A stretch of DNA of 64,000 nt from Squalus acanthias (lineage: Eukaryota), in the NCBI GenBank assembly GCA_030390025.1, contig CM059438.1, positions 55,616,001 to 55,680,000 on the forward strand. Direction: 5' to 3'. Shown in pieces: positions 50,201-63,676 of the stretch; position 1 is the first letter of the stretch; each line of letters opens with the position of its first letter. The notes beneath the pieces were generated by a model. The model did not search any database. It was not told the DNA's origin and was given only the letters and a program-made list of their open reading frames with translations. The position numbers and the translations under genes are program-made.

Positions 50201-53200
50201 GAGCTTTACTCTGTATCTAACCCTGCTGTACCTGCCCTGGGAGTGTTTGATGAGACAGTGTAGAGGGAGCTTTACTCTGTATCAAACCTGTGCTGTGCCT
50301 GCCCTGGAAGTTTTTGATGGGGACTATATAGAGGGAGCTTTACCCTGTATCTAACCCGTGCTGTACCTGCCCTGGGAGTGTTTGATGGGACAGTGTAGAG
50401 GGAGCTTTTCCCTGTATCGAACCCGTGTTGTTCCTGCCCTGGATGTTTTTGATGCGACAGTGTAGATGGAGCTTTACTCTGTATCTAACCCATGCTGTAG
50501 CTGCCCTGGGGGTGTTTGATGGGACTGTGTAGAGGGAGCTTTACCCTGTATCTAACCCGTGCTGTACCTGCCCTGGGAGTGTTTGATGGGACAGTGTAGA
50601 GGGAGCTTTTCCCTGTATCTAACCCGTGTTGTTCCTGCCCTGGATGTTTTTGATGCGACAGTGTAGAGGGAGCTTTACTCTGTATCTAACCCATGCTGTA
50701 GCTGCCCTGGGGGTGTTTGATGGGACTGTGTAGAGGGAGCTTTACTCTGTATCTAACCCGTGCTGTACCTGCCCTGGAATTTTTGATGGGGATAGTGTAG
50801 AGGGAGCTTTACTCTGTTTCTAACTCGTGCTGTACCTGCGCTGGGAGTGTTTGATCGGACAGTGTAGAGGGAGCTTTTGTCTGTATTTCACCCGTGCTGC
50901 ACCTGCCCTAGGATTATTTAATGGGTCAGTGTAGAGGGAGCTTTACTCTGTATCTAACCTATGCTGTACCTCCCCTAGAGTGTTTGTTGGGACAATGTAG
51001 AGGGAGCTTTACTCTGTATCTAACGCGTGCTGTACCTGCCCTGGGAGTGTCTGATGGGGATAGTGTAGAGGGAGCTTTACTCTGTATCTAACCCAAGCTG
51101 TACCTGGCCTGGGAATGTTTCACAGGACAGTGTAGAGGGAGCTTTACTCTGTATCAAACTCGTGCTGTCCCTGGCCTGGGAGTGTTTCACAGGACAGTGT
51201 AGAGGGAGCTTTACTGTGTATCTAACCCATGCTGTACCTGCCCTGGGAGTGTTTGATGGGACAGTGTAGAGGGAGCTTTACTCTGTATCTAACCCGTACT
51301 GTACCTGCCCTGGGAGTGTTTGATGGGACAGTGCAGTGGGAATTTTACTCTGTATCTAACCCATGCTGTACCTGCCCTGGGAGTGTCTGATGGGACAGTG
51401 CAGAGTGAGCTTTACTCTGTATCTAACCCGTGCTGTACCTGCCCTGGGAGTGTTTGATGGGACAGTGCAGTGGGAGCTTTACTCTGTATCTAACCCGTGC
51501 TGTACCTGCCCTGGGAGTGTATGATGGGACAGTGTTGGGGGTGCTTTACTCTGTATCTAACGCGTGCCATGCATGCTCTGGGAGTGTTTAATGGGACAGT
51601 GTAGAGGTAGTTTTACTCTGTATCTAACGCGTGCTGTACCTGACCTGGGAGTGTTTGATGGGACAGTGTAGAGGGAGCTTTACTCTGTATCTAACGCGTG
51701 CTGTACCTGTCCTGGGAGTGTTTGATGGGACAGTGTAGAGGGAGATTTACTCTGTATCAAACCTGTGCTGTGCCTGCCCTGGAATTTTTGATGGGGCCAG
51801 TGTAGAGGGAGCTTTACTCTGTATCTAACCCGTGCTGTACCTGCCCTGGGAGTGTTTGATGGGACAGTGTAGAGGGAGCTTTACTCTGTAGCTAATCCGT
51901 GCTGTACCTGCCGTGGGTGTGTCTGATGGGACAGTGTAGAGGGAGCTTTACTCTGTATCTAACCCATGCTGCACCTGCCTTGGGAGTGTCTGATGGGGAC
52001 AGTGTAGAGGGAGCTTTACTCTGTATCAAACCTGTGCTGTACCTGCCCTGGGAGTGTTTGATGGGACAGTGTAGAGGGAGCTTTTCCCTGTATCTAACCC
52101 GTGTTGTTCCTGCCCTGGATGTTTTTGATGCGACAGTGTCGAGGGAGCTTTACTCTGTATCTAACACGTGCTGTAACTGCCCTGGGGGTGTTTGATGGGA
52201 CAGTGTAGAGGGTGCTTTACTCTGTATCTAACCCGTGCTGTACCTGCCCTGGGAGTGTCTGATGGGGACAGTGTAGAGGGAGCTTTACTCTGTATCAAAC
52301 CTGTGCTGTGCCTGCCCTGGAAGTTTTTGATGGGGACAATGTAGAGGGAGCTTTACTCTGTATCTAACCCATGCTGTACCTGCCCTAGCAGTGTTTGACG
52401 GGACAGTGTAGAGGGAGCTTTACTCTGTATCTAACCCGTGCTGTACCTGCCCTGGGAGAGTTTGATAGGACAGTGTAGAGGGAGCTTTACTCTGTTTCTA
52501 ACTCGTGCTGTATCTGCGCTGGGAGTGTTTGATAGGACAGTGTAGAGGGAGTTTTACTCTGTATCTAACCCGTGCTGTACCTGCCCTGGGAATGTATGAT
52601 GGGACAGTGTTGGGGGTGCTTTACTCTGTATCTAACGCGTGCCATGCATGCCCTGGGAGTGTTTGATGGGACAGTGTAGAGGGAGTTTTACTCTGTATCA
52701 AACCTGTGCTGTGCCTGCCCTGGAATTTTTGATGGGACAGTGTAGAGGGAGCTTTACTCTGTATCTCACCCGTGCTGTACCTGCCCTGGGAGTGTTTGAT
52801 GGGACAGTGTAGAGGGAGCTTTACTCTGTAGCTAATCCGTGCTGTACCTGCCGTGGGTGTGTCTGATGGGACAGTGTAGAGGGAGCTTTACTCTGTATCT
52901 AACCCATGCTGTACCTGCCTTGGGAGTGTCTGATGGGGACAGTGTAGAGGGAGCTTTACTCTGTATCAAACCTGTGCTGTACCTGCCCTGGGAGTGTTTG
53001 ATGGGACAGTGTAGAGGGAGCTTTTCCCTGTATCTAACCCGTGTTGTTCCTGCCCTGGATGTTTTTGATGCGACAGTGTCGAGGGAGCTTTACTCTGTAT
53101 CTAACACGTGCTGTACCTGCCCTGGGGGTGTTTGATGGGACAGTGTAGAGGGTGCTTTACTCTGTATCTAACCCGTGCTGTACCTGCCCTGGGAGTGTCT

Positions 53201-56200
53201 GATGGGGACAGTGTAGAGGGAACTTTACTCTGCATCAAACCTGTGCTGTGCCAGCCCTGGAATTTTTGATGGGGATAGTGTAGAGGGAGCTTTACTCTGT
53301 ATCTAACCCGTGCTGTACCTGCCCTGGGAGTGTTTGATGAGACAGTGTAGAGGGAGCTTTACTCTGTATCAAACCTCTGCTGTGCCTGCCCTGGAAGTTT
53401 TTGATGGGGACAATGTAGAGGGAGCTTTACTCTGTATCTAACCCATGCTGTACCTGCCCTGGGAGTGTTTGATGGGACAGTGTAGAGGGAGCTTTACTCT
53501 GTTTCTAACTCGTGCCGTACCTGCCCTGGGAGTGTTTGATGAGATAGTGTAGAGGGAGCTTTACTCTGTATCTAACCTATGCTGTACCTGCCCTGGAAGT
53601 GTTTGATGGGACAGTGTAGAGGGAGCTTTACTCTGTATCTAACCCATGCTGTACCTGCCCTAGCAGTGTTTGACGGGACAGTGTAGAGGGAGCTTTACTC
53701 TGTATCTAACCCGTGCTGTACCTGCCCTGGGAGTGTTTGATAGGACAGTGTAGAGGGAGCTTTACTCTGTTTCTAACTCGTGCTGTATCTGCGCTGGGAG
53801 TGTTTGATAGGACAGTGTAGAGGGAGTTTTACTCTGTATCTAACCCGTGCTGTACCTGCCCTGGGAGTGTATGATGGGACAGTGTTGGGGGTGCTTTACT
53901 CTGTATCTAACGCGTGCCATGCATGCCCTGGGAGTGTTTGATGGACAAAATTGAGAGGTCGCACAACACCAGGTTATAGTCCAACAGTTTTATTTTAAAT
54001 CACAAGCGGTGGGACAGTGTAGAGGGAGTTTTACTCTGTATCTAATGCGTGCTGTACCTCACCTGGGAGTGTTTGATGGGACAGTGTAGAGGGAGCTTTA
54101 CTCTGTATCTAACGCGTGCTGTACCTGCCCTGGGAGTGTTTGATGGGACAGTGCAGAGGGAGCTTTACTCTGCAGCTAATCCGTGCTGTACCTGCCGTGG
54201 GTGTGTCTGATGGGACAGTGTAGAGGGAGCTTTACTCTGTATCGAACCAGTGCTGTACCTGCGCTGGGAGTGTTTGATACGACAGTGTAGAGGGAGCTTT
54301 TCCCTGTATCTAACCCGTGTTGCTCCTGCCCTGGACGTTTTTGATGGGACAGTGTAGAGAGAGCTTTACTCTGTATCTAACCCATGCTGTACCTGCCTTG
54401 GGAGTGTCTGATGGGGACAGTGTAGAGGGAGCTTTACTCTGTATCAAACCTGTGCTGTGCCTGCCCTGGAAGTTTTTGATGGGGACTATGTAGAGGGAGC
54501 TTTACTCTATATCTAACCCGTGCTGTACCTGCCCTGGGAGTGTTTGATGGGACAGTGTCGAGGGAGCTTTACTCTGTATCTAACCTATGCTGTACCTGCC
54601 CTGGGAGTGTTTGATAGGACAGTGTAGAGGGAGCTTTACTCTGTTTCTAACTCGTGCTGTACCTGCGCTGGGAGTGTTTGATAGGACAGTGTAGAGGGAG
54701 CTTTACTCTGTATCTAACCTATGCTGTACCTGCCCTGGGAGTGTTTGATAGGACAGTGTAGAGGGAGCTTTACTCTGTTTCTAACTCGTGCTGTACCTGC
54801 GCTGGGAGTGTTTGATAGGACAGTGTAGAGGGAGCTTTACTCTGTTTCTTACTCGTGCTGTACCTGCGCTGGGAGTGTTTGATAGGACAGTGTAGAGGGA
54901 GCTTTACTCTGTATCTAACCCATGCTGTACCTGCCCTGGGAGTGTTTGATGGGACAGTGTAGAGGGAGCTTTACTCTGTATCTAATCCGTGCTGTACCTG
55001 CCGTGGGTGTGTCTGATGGGACAGTGTAGAGGGAGCTTTACTCTGTATCTAACCCATGCTGTACCTGCCCTGGGAGTGTCTGATGGGACAGTGTAGAGGG
55101 AGCTTTACTCTGTATCTAACCCGTGCTGTACCTGCCCTGGGAGTGTTTGATGGGACAGTGTAGAGGGAGCTTTTCCCTGTATCTAACCCGTGTTGTTCCT
55201 GCCCTGGATGTTTTTGATGCGACAGTGTCGAGGGAGCTTTACTCTGTATCTAACACGTGCTGTACCTGCCCTGGGGGTGTTTGATGGGACAGTGTAGAGG
55301 GTGCTTTACTCTGTATCTAACCCGTGCTGTACCTGCCCTGGGAGTGTCTGATGGGGACAGTGTAGAGGGAACTTTACTCTGCATCAAACCTGTGCTGTGC
55401 CAGCCCTGGAATTTTTGATGGGGATAGTGTAGAGGGAGCTTTACTCTGTATCTAACCCGTGCTGTACCTGCCCTGGGAGTGTTTGATGAGACAGTGTAGA
55501 GGGAGCTTTACTCTGTATCAAACCTCTGCTGTGCCTGCCCTGGAAGTTTTTGATGGGGACAATGTAGAGGGAGCTTTACTCTGTATCTAACCCATGCTGT
55601 ACCTGCCCTGGGAGTGTTTGATGGGACAGTGTAGAGGGAGCTTTACTCTGTTTCTAACTCGTGCTGTACCTGCCCTGGGAGTGTTTGATGGGACAGTGTA
55701 GAGGGAGCTTTACTCTGTATCTAACCTATGCTGTACCTGCCCTGGAAGTGTTTGATGGGACAGTGTAGAGGGAGCTTTACTCTGTATCTAACCCGTGCTG
55801 TACCTGCCCTGGGGGTGTTTGATGGGACAGTGTAGAGGGAGCTTTACTCTGTATCTAACCCGTGCTGTACCTGCCCTGGGAGTCTCTGATGGGACAGTGT
55901 AGAGGGAGCTTTACTCTGTATCTAACGTGTGCATGCATGCCCTGGGAGTGTTTGATGGGACAGTGTAGAGGGAGCTTTACTCTGTATCTAACCCGTGCTG
56001 TACCTGCCCTGGGAGTGTTTGATGGGACAGTGCTAGAGGAGCTTTCACTCTGTATCTAACCCGTGCTGTACCTGCCTGGGAAGTGTTTGATGGGACAGTG
56101 TAGAGGGAGCTTTACTCTGTATCTAACCCGTGCTGTACCTGTCCTGGGAGTGTTTGATGGGACAGTGTAGAGGGAGCTTTACTCTGTATCTAACTCGTGC

Positions 56201-59200
56201 TGTACCTGCCCTGGGATTGTTTGGTGGACAGTGTAGAGGGAGCTTTACTCTGTATCTAACCTATGCTGTACCTGCCCTGGAGTGTTTGATGGGACAGTGT
56301 AGAGGGAGCTTTACTCTGTATCTAACCCGTGCTGTACCTGCCCTAGGAGTGTTTGATGGGACAGTGTAGAGGGAGCTTTACTCTGTATCTAACCCGTGCT
56401 GTACCTGCCCTGGGAGTGTTTGATGGGACAGTGTAGAGGGAGCTTTACTCTGTATCTAACCCGTGCTGTACCTGCGCTGGGAGTGTTTGATGGGACAGTG
56501 TAGAGGGAGCTTTACTCTGTATCTAACCCGTGCTGTACCTGCCCTGGGAGTGTTTGATGGGACAGTGTAGAGGGAGCTTTACTCTGTATCTAACCCGTGC
56601 TGTACCTGCCCTGGGAGTGTTTGATGGGACAGTGTAGAGGGAGCTTTACTCTGTATCTAACCGTGCTGTACCTGCCCTGGGAGTGTTTGATGGGACAGTG
56701 TAGAGGGAGCTTTACTCTGTATCTAACCCGTGCTGTACCTGCCCTGGGAGTGTTTGATGGGACAGTGTAGAGGGAGCTTTACTCTGTATCTAACCGTGCT
56801 GTACCTGCCTGGGAGTGTTTGATGGGACAGTGTAGAGGGAGCTTTACTCTGTATCTAACCCGTGCTGTACCTGCCCTGGGAGTGTTTGATGGGACAGTGT
56901 AGAGGGAGCTTTACTCTGTATCTAACCCGTGCTGTACCTGCCCTGGGAGTGTTTGATGGGACAGTGTAGAGGGAGCTTTACTCTGTATCTAACCCGTGCT
57001 GTACCTGCCCTGGGAGTGTTTGATGGGACAGTGTAGAGGGAGCTTTACTCTGTATCTAACCTGTGCTGTACCTGCCCTGGGAGTGTTTGATGGGACAGTG
57101 TAGAGGGAGCTTTACTCTGTATCTAACCCGTGTTGTTCCTGCCCTGGATGTTTTTGATGCGACAGTGTAGAGGGAGCTTTACTCTGTATCTAACCCATGC
57201 TGTAGCTGCCCTGGGGGTGTTTGATGGGACTGTGTAGAGGGAGCTTTACTCTGTATCTAACCCGTGCTGTACCTGCCCTGGAATTTTTGATGGGGATAGT
57301 GTAGAGGGAGCTTTACTCTGTTTCTAACTCGTGCTGTACCTGCGCTGGGAGTGTTTGATCGGACAGTGTAGAGGGAGCTTTTGTCTGTATTTCACCCGTG
57401 CTGCACCTGCCCTAGGATTATTTAATGGGTCAGTGTAGAGGGAGCTTTACTCTGTATCTAACCTATGCTGTACCTCCCCTAGAGTGTTTGTTGGGACAAT
57501 GTAGAGGGAGCTTTACTCTGTATCTAACGCGTGCTGTACCTGCCCTGGGAGTGTCTGATGGGGATAGTGTAGAGGGAGCTTTACTCTGTATCTAACCCAA
57601 GCTGTACCTGGCCTGGGAATGTTTGATGGGACAGTGTAGAGGGAGCTTTACTCTGTATCTAACCGTGCTGTACCTGCCCTGGGAGTGTTTGATGGGACAG
57701 TGTAGAGGGAGCTTTACTCTGTATCTAACCCATGCTGTACCTGCCCTGGGAGTGTTTGATGGGACAGTGTAGAGGGAGCTTTACTCTGTATCTAACCCGT
57801 GCTGTACCTGCCCTGGGAGTGTTTGATGGGACAGTGTAGAGGGAGCTTTACTCTGTATCTAACCCGTGCTGTACCTGCCCTGGGAGTGTTTGATGGGACA
57901 GTGTAGAGGGAGCTTTACTCTGTATCTAACCCGTGCTGTACCTGCCCTGGGAGTGTTTGATGGGACAGTGTAGAGGGAGCTTTACTCTGTATCTAACCCG
58001 TGCTGTACCTGCCCTGGGAGTGTTTGATGGGACAGTGTAGAGGGAGCTTTACTCTGTATCTAACCCGTGCTGTACCTGCCCTGGGAGTGTTTGATGGGAC
58101 AGTGTAGAGGGAGCTTTACTCTGTATCTAACCGTGCTGTACCTGCCCTGGGAGTGTTTGATGGGACAGTGTAGAGGGAGCTTTACTCTGTATCTAACCGT
58201 GCTGTACCTGCCCTGGGAGTGTTTGATGGGACAGTGTAGAGGGAGCTTTACTCTGTATCTAACCCGTGCTGTGCCTGCCCTGGAAGTTTTTGATAGGACA
58301 GTGTAGAAGGAGGTTTACTCTGTATCTAACCCGTGCTGTTCCTGCCCTGGGAGTGTTTGATGGGACAGTGTAGAGGGAGCTTTACTCTGTATCTAACCGT
58401 GCTGTACCTGCCCTGGGTGTGTTTGATGGGACAGTGTAGAGGGAGCTTTACTCTGTATCTAACCCATGCTGTACCTGCCTGGGAGTGTTTGATGGGACAG
58501 TGTAGAGGGAGCTTTACTCTGTATCTAACCGTGCTGTACCTGCCCTGGGAGTGTTTGATGGGACAGTGTAGAGGGAGCTTTACTCTGTATCTAACCCGTG
58601 CTGTTCCTGCCCTGGAGTGTTTGATGCGACAGTGTCGAGGGAGCTTTACTCTGTATCTAACACGTGCTGTAACTGCCCTGGGGTGTTTGATGGGACAGTG
58701 TAGAGGGTGCTTTACTCTGTATCTAACCCGTGCTGTACCTGCCCTGGGAGTGTCTGATGGGGACAGTGTAGAGGGAGCTTCACTCTGTATCAAACCTGTG
58801 CTGTGCCTGCCCTGGAAGTTTTTGATGGGGACAATGTAGAGGGAGCTTTACTCTGTATCTAACCCATGCTGTACCTGCCCTAGCAGTGTTTGACGGGACA
58901 GTGTAGAGGGAGCTTTACTCTGTATCTAACCCGTGCTGTACCTGCCCTGGGAGAGTTTGATAGGACAGTGTAGAGGGAGCTTTACTCTGTTTCTAACTCG
59001 TGCTGTATCTGCGCTGGGAGTGTTTGATAGGACAGTGTAGAGGGAGTTTTACTCTGTATCTAACCCGTGCTGTACCTGCCCTGGGAATGTATGATGGGAC
59101 AGTGTTGGGGGTGCTTTACTCTGTATCTAACGCGTGCCATGCATGCCCTGGGAGTGTTTGATGGGACAGTGTAGAGGGAGTTTTACTCTGTATCAAACCT

Positions 59201-62200
59201 GTGCTGTGCCTGCCCTGGAATTTTTGATGGGGACAGTGTAGAGGGAGCTTTACTCTGTATCTCACCCGTGCTGTACCTGCCCTGGGAGTGTTTGATGGGA
59301 CAGTGTAGAGGGAGCTTTACTCTGTAGCTAATCCGTGCTGTACCTGCCGTGGGTGTGTCTGATGGGACAGTGTAGAGGGAGCTTTACTCTGTATCTAACC
59401 CATGCTGTACCTGCCTTGGGAGTGTCTGATGGGGACAGTGTAGAGGGAGCTTTACTCTGTATCAAACCTGTGCTGTACCTGCCCTGGGAGTGTTTGATGG
59501 GACAGTGTAGAGGGAGCTTTTCCCTGTATCTAACCCGTGTTGTTCCTGCCCTGGATGTTTTTGATGCGACAGTGTCGAGGGAGCTTTACTCTGTATCTAA
59601 CACGTGCTGTACCTGCCCTGGGGGTGTTTGATGGGACAGTGTAGAGGGTGCTTTACTCTGTATCTAACCCGTGCTGTACCTGCCCTGGGAGTGTCTGATG
59701 GGGACAGTGTAGAGGGAACTTTACTCTGCATCAAACCTGTGCTGTGCCAGCCCTGGAATTTTTGATGGGGATAGTGTAGAGGGAGCTTTACTCTGTATCT
59801 AACCCGTGCTGTACCTGCCCTGGGAGTGTTTGATGAGACAGTGTAGAGGGAGCTTTACTCTGTATCAAACCTCTGCTGTGCCTGCCCTGGAAGTTTTTGA
59901 TGGGGACAATGTAGAGGGAGCTTTACTCTGTATCTAACCCATGCTGTACCTGCCCTGGGAGTGTTTGATGGGACAGTGTAGAGGGAGCTTTACTCTGTTT
60001 CTAACTCGTGCCGTACCTGCCCTGGGAGTGTTTGATGAGATAGTGTAGAGGGAGCTTTACTCTGTATCTAACCTATGCTGTACCTGCCCTGGAAGTGTTT
60101 GATGGGACAGTGTAGAGGGAGCTTTACTCTGTATCTAACCCATGCTGTACCTGCCCTAGCAGTGTTTGACGGGACAGTGTAGAGGGAGCTTTACTCTGTA
60201 TCTAACCCGTGCTGTACCTGCCCTGGGAGTGTTTGATAGGACAGTGTAGAGGGAGCTTTACTCTGTTTCTAACTCGTGCTGTATCTGCGCTGGGAGTGTT
60301 TGATAGGACAGTGTAGAGGGAGTTTTACTCTGTATCTAACCCGTGCTGTACCTGCCCTGGGAGTGTATGATGGGACAGTGTTGGGGGTGCTTTACTCTGT
60401 ATCTAACGCGTGCCATGCATGCCCTGGGAGTGTTTGATGGACAAAATTGAGAGGTCGCACAACACCAGGTTATAGTCCAACAGTTTTATTTTAAATCACA
60501 AGCGGTGGGACAGTGTAGAGGGAGTTTTACTCTGTATCTAATGCGTGCTGTACCTCACCTGGGAGTGTTTGATGGGACAGTGTAGAGGGAGCTTTACTCT
60601 GTATCTAACGCGTGCTGTACCTGCCCTGGGAGTGTTTGATGGGACAGTGCAGAGGGAGCTTTACTCTGCAGCTAATCCGTGCTGTACCTGCCGTGGGTGT
60701 GTCTGATGGGACAGTGTAGAGGGAGCTTTACTCTGTATCGAACCAGTGCTGTACCTGCGCTGGGAGTGTTTGATACGACAGTGTAGAGGGAGCTTTTCCC
60801 TGTATCTAACCCGTGTTGCTCCTGCCCTGGACGTTTTTGATGGGACAGTGTAGAGAGAGCTTTACTCTGTATCTAACCCATGCTGTACCTGCCTTGGGAG
60901 TGTCTGATGGGGACAGTGTAGAGGGAGCTTTACTCTGTATCAAACCTGTGCTGTGCCTGCCCTGGAAGTTTTTGATGGGGACTATGTAGAGGGAGCTTTA
61001 CTCTATATCTAACCCGTGCTGTACCTGCCCTGGGAGTGTTTGATGGGACAGTGTCGAGGGAGCTTTACTCTGTATCTAACCTATGCTGTACCTGCCCTGG
61101 GAGTGTTTGATAGGACAGTGTAGAGGGAGCTTTACTCTGTTTCTAACTCGTGCTGTACCTGCGCTGGGAGTGTTTGATAGGACAGTGTAGAGGGAGCTTT
61201 ACTCTGTATCTAACCTATGCTGTACCTGCCCTGGGAGTGTTTGATAGGACAGTGTAGAGGGAGCTTTACTCTGTTTCTAACTCGTGCTGTACCTGCGCTG
61301 GGAGTGTTTGATAGGACAGTGTAGAGGGAGCTTTACTCTGTTTCTTACTCGTGCTGTACCTGCGCTGGGAGTGTTTGATAGGACAGTGTAGAGGGAGCTT
61401 TACTCTGTATCTAACCCATGCTGTACCTGCCCTGGGAGTGTTTGATGGGACAGTGTAGAGGGAGCTTTACTCTGTATCTAACCCGTGCTGTACCTGCCCT
61501 GGGAGTGTTTGATGGGACAGTGCAGTGGGAGTTTTACTCTGTCTCTAACCTATGCTGTACCTGCCCTGGGAGTGTCTGATGGGACAGTGTAGAGGGAGCT
61601 TTTCCCTGTATCTAACCCGTGTTGCTCCTGCCCTGGACGTTTTTGATGGGACAGTGTAGAGAGAGCTTTACTCTGTATCTAACGCGTGCTGTACCTGCCC
61701 TGGGAGTGTCTGATGGGACAGTGTAGAGGGAGCTTTACTCTGTTTCTAACTCGTGCTATACCTGCGCTGGGAGTGTTTGATACGACAGTGTAGAGGGAGA
61801 TTTACTCTGTATCTAACCCGTGCTGTACCTGCCCTGGGAGTGTTTGATGGGACAGTGTAGAGGGAGCTTTACTCTGTATCTAACCCCGTGCTGTACCTGC
61901 CTTGGGAGTGTTTGATGGGACAGTGTAGAGGGAGCTTTAACTCTGTATCTAACCCGTGCTGTACCTGTTCTGGGAGTATTTGATGGGTCAGTGTAGAGGG
62001 AGTTTTACTCTGTATCTAACCCTTGCTGTACCTGCCCTGGGAGTGTTTGATGAGACAGTGGAGGGAGCTTTACTCTGTATCTGCCCTGGACGTTTTTGAT
62101 GGGACATTGTAGAGGGAGCTTTACTGTATCTAACCTGTGCTGTTCCTGCCCTGGGAGTGTTTGATGGGACAGTGTAGAGGGAGTTTTACTCTGTATCTAA

Positions 62201-63676
62201 CCCCTGCTGCACCTGCCCTCGGAGTGTCTGATGGGACAGGGTAGAGGGAGCTTTATTCTGTATCTAACCCGTGCTGTACCTGTTCTGGGAGTATTTGATG
62301 GGTCAGTGGAGGGAGCTTTACTCTGTATCTAACCTGTGCTGTTCCTGCCCTGGACATTTTTGATGGGACAGTGTAGAGGGAGCTTTACTCTGTATCTAAC
62401 CCCTGCTGCACCTGCCCTCGGAGTGTCTGATGGGACAGGGTAGAGGGAGATTTACTCTGTACCTAACCCCTGCTGCACCTGCCTTGGGAGTGTCTGATGG
62501 GGACAGTGTAGAGGGAGCTTTACTCTGTATCAAACCTGTGCTGTGCCTGCCCTGGAAGTTTTTGATGGGGACTATGTAGAGGGAGCTTTACCCTGTATCT
62601 AACCCGTGCTGTACCTGCCCTGGGAGTGTTTGATGGGACAGTGTAGAGGGAGCTTTTCCCTGTATCGAACCCGTGTTGTTCCTGCCCTGGATGTTTTTGA
62701 TGCGACAGTGTAGAGGGAGCTTTACTCTGTATCTAACCCATGCTGTAGCTGCCCTGGGGGTGTTTGATGGGACTGTGTAGAGGGAGCTTTACCCTGTATC
62801 TAACCCGTGCTGTACCTGCCCTGGGAGTGTTTGATGGGGATAGTGTAGAGGGAGCTTTACTCTGTTTCTAACTCGTGCTGTACCTGCGCTGGGAGTGTTT
62901 GATCGGACAGTGTAGAGGGAGCTTTTGTCTGTATTTCACCCGTGCTGCACCTGCCCTAGGATTATTTAATGGGTCAGTGTAGAGGGAGCTTTACTCAGTA
63001 TCTAACCTATGCTGTACCTGCCCTGGTACTGTTTGTTGGGACAATGTACAGGGAGCTTTACTCTGTATCTAACGCGTGCTGTACCTGCCCTGGGAGTGTC
63101 TGATGGGGATAGTGTAGAGGGAGCTTTACTCTGTATCCAAACCGTGCTGTACCTGCCCTGGGAGTGTTTGATGGGACAGTGTTGAGGGAGCTTTACTCTG
63201 TATCTAACCCGTGTACCTGTGCTGGAAGATTTTGATGGGACTGTGTTGAGGGAGCTTTACTCTGTATCTAACGCGTGCTGTGTCTGCCCTGGGTGTGTTT
63301 GATGGGACAGTGTCGATGGAACTTTACTCTGTATCTAACCTGTGCTGTACCTGCCCAGGGAGTGTTTGATGGGACAGTGTAGAGGGAGCTTTAGTCTGTG
63401 TCTAACCCGTGGTGTGCCTGCCCTGCAAGTTTTTGATGGGACAGTGTTGAGGGGACTTTACTCTGTATCTATCCCGTACTGTACCCGTGCTAGGAGTCTT
63501 TGATGGGACAGTGTAGAGGGAGCTTTACTCTGTATCTTTCCCGTGCTGTATCTGCCCTGAGTGTGTTTGATGGGACAATGTAGAGGGCGCTTTACTCTGT
63601 ATCTAACCCGTGCTGCAGCTGCCCTGGGAGTGTTTGATGGGACAGTGTCGAGGGAGCTTTACTTTGTATATAACAC
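35226..63676. repeat. 67-bp satellite array (GGGACAGTGTAGAGGGAGCTTTACTCTGTATCTAACCCGTGCTGTACCTGCCCTGGGAGTGTTTGAT), roughly 425 monomers, with multi-kb higher-order duplications
   Basis: Period measured at 67 nt (ACCTGCC at 44101 and 44168). Both ends are visible and more diverged than the interior. Confidence 0.98.
38641..38703 (-). mobile_element. ~63-bp foreign insert in the satellite, probably the 3' end of a second Penelope family's pLTR; further copies at ~47005-47066, ~53947-54009 and ~60443-60505
   Basis: Reverse complement GCTTGTGATTTAAAATAAAACTGTTGGACTATAACCTGGTGTTGTGCGAC resembles the AATAAACCTGTTGGACTATAACCTGGTGTTGTG terminus I recall from shark Penelope repeats. All four copies sit in the same monomer context. 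Confidence 0.65.

Noticed and set aside
35226..63676. Short ORFs such as MLYLPWECLMGQCRGSFTLYLT in the 67-bp array
   Set aside because: Translations of satellite monomers; 67 is not a multiple of 3 and ORFs appear only where indels bypass stops.
1..63676. Common origin of the 33-bp and 67-bp satellites (67 is about 2 x 33)
   Set aside because: Only short shared words (AACCCGT, CAGTGT, CTGTACC); I could not make a convincing full-length alignment in either orientation.
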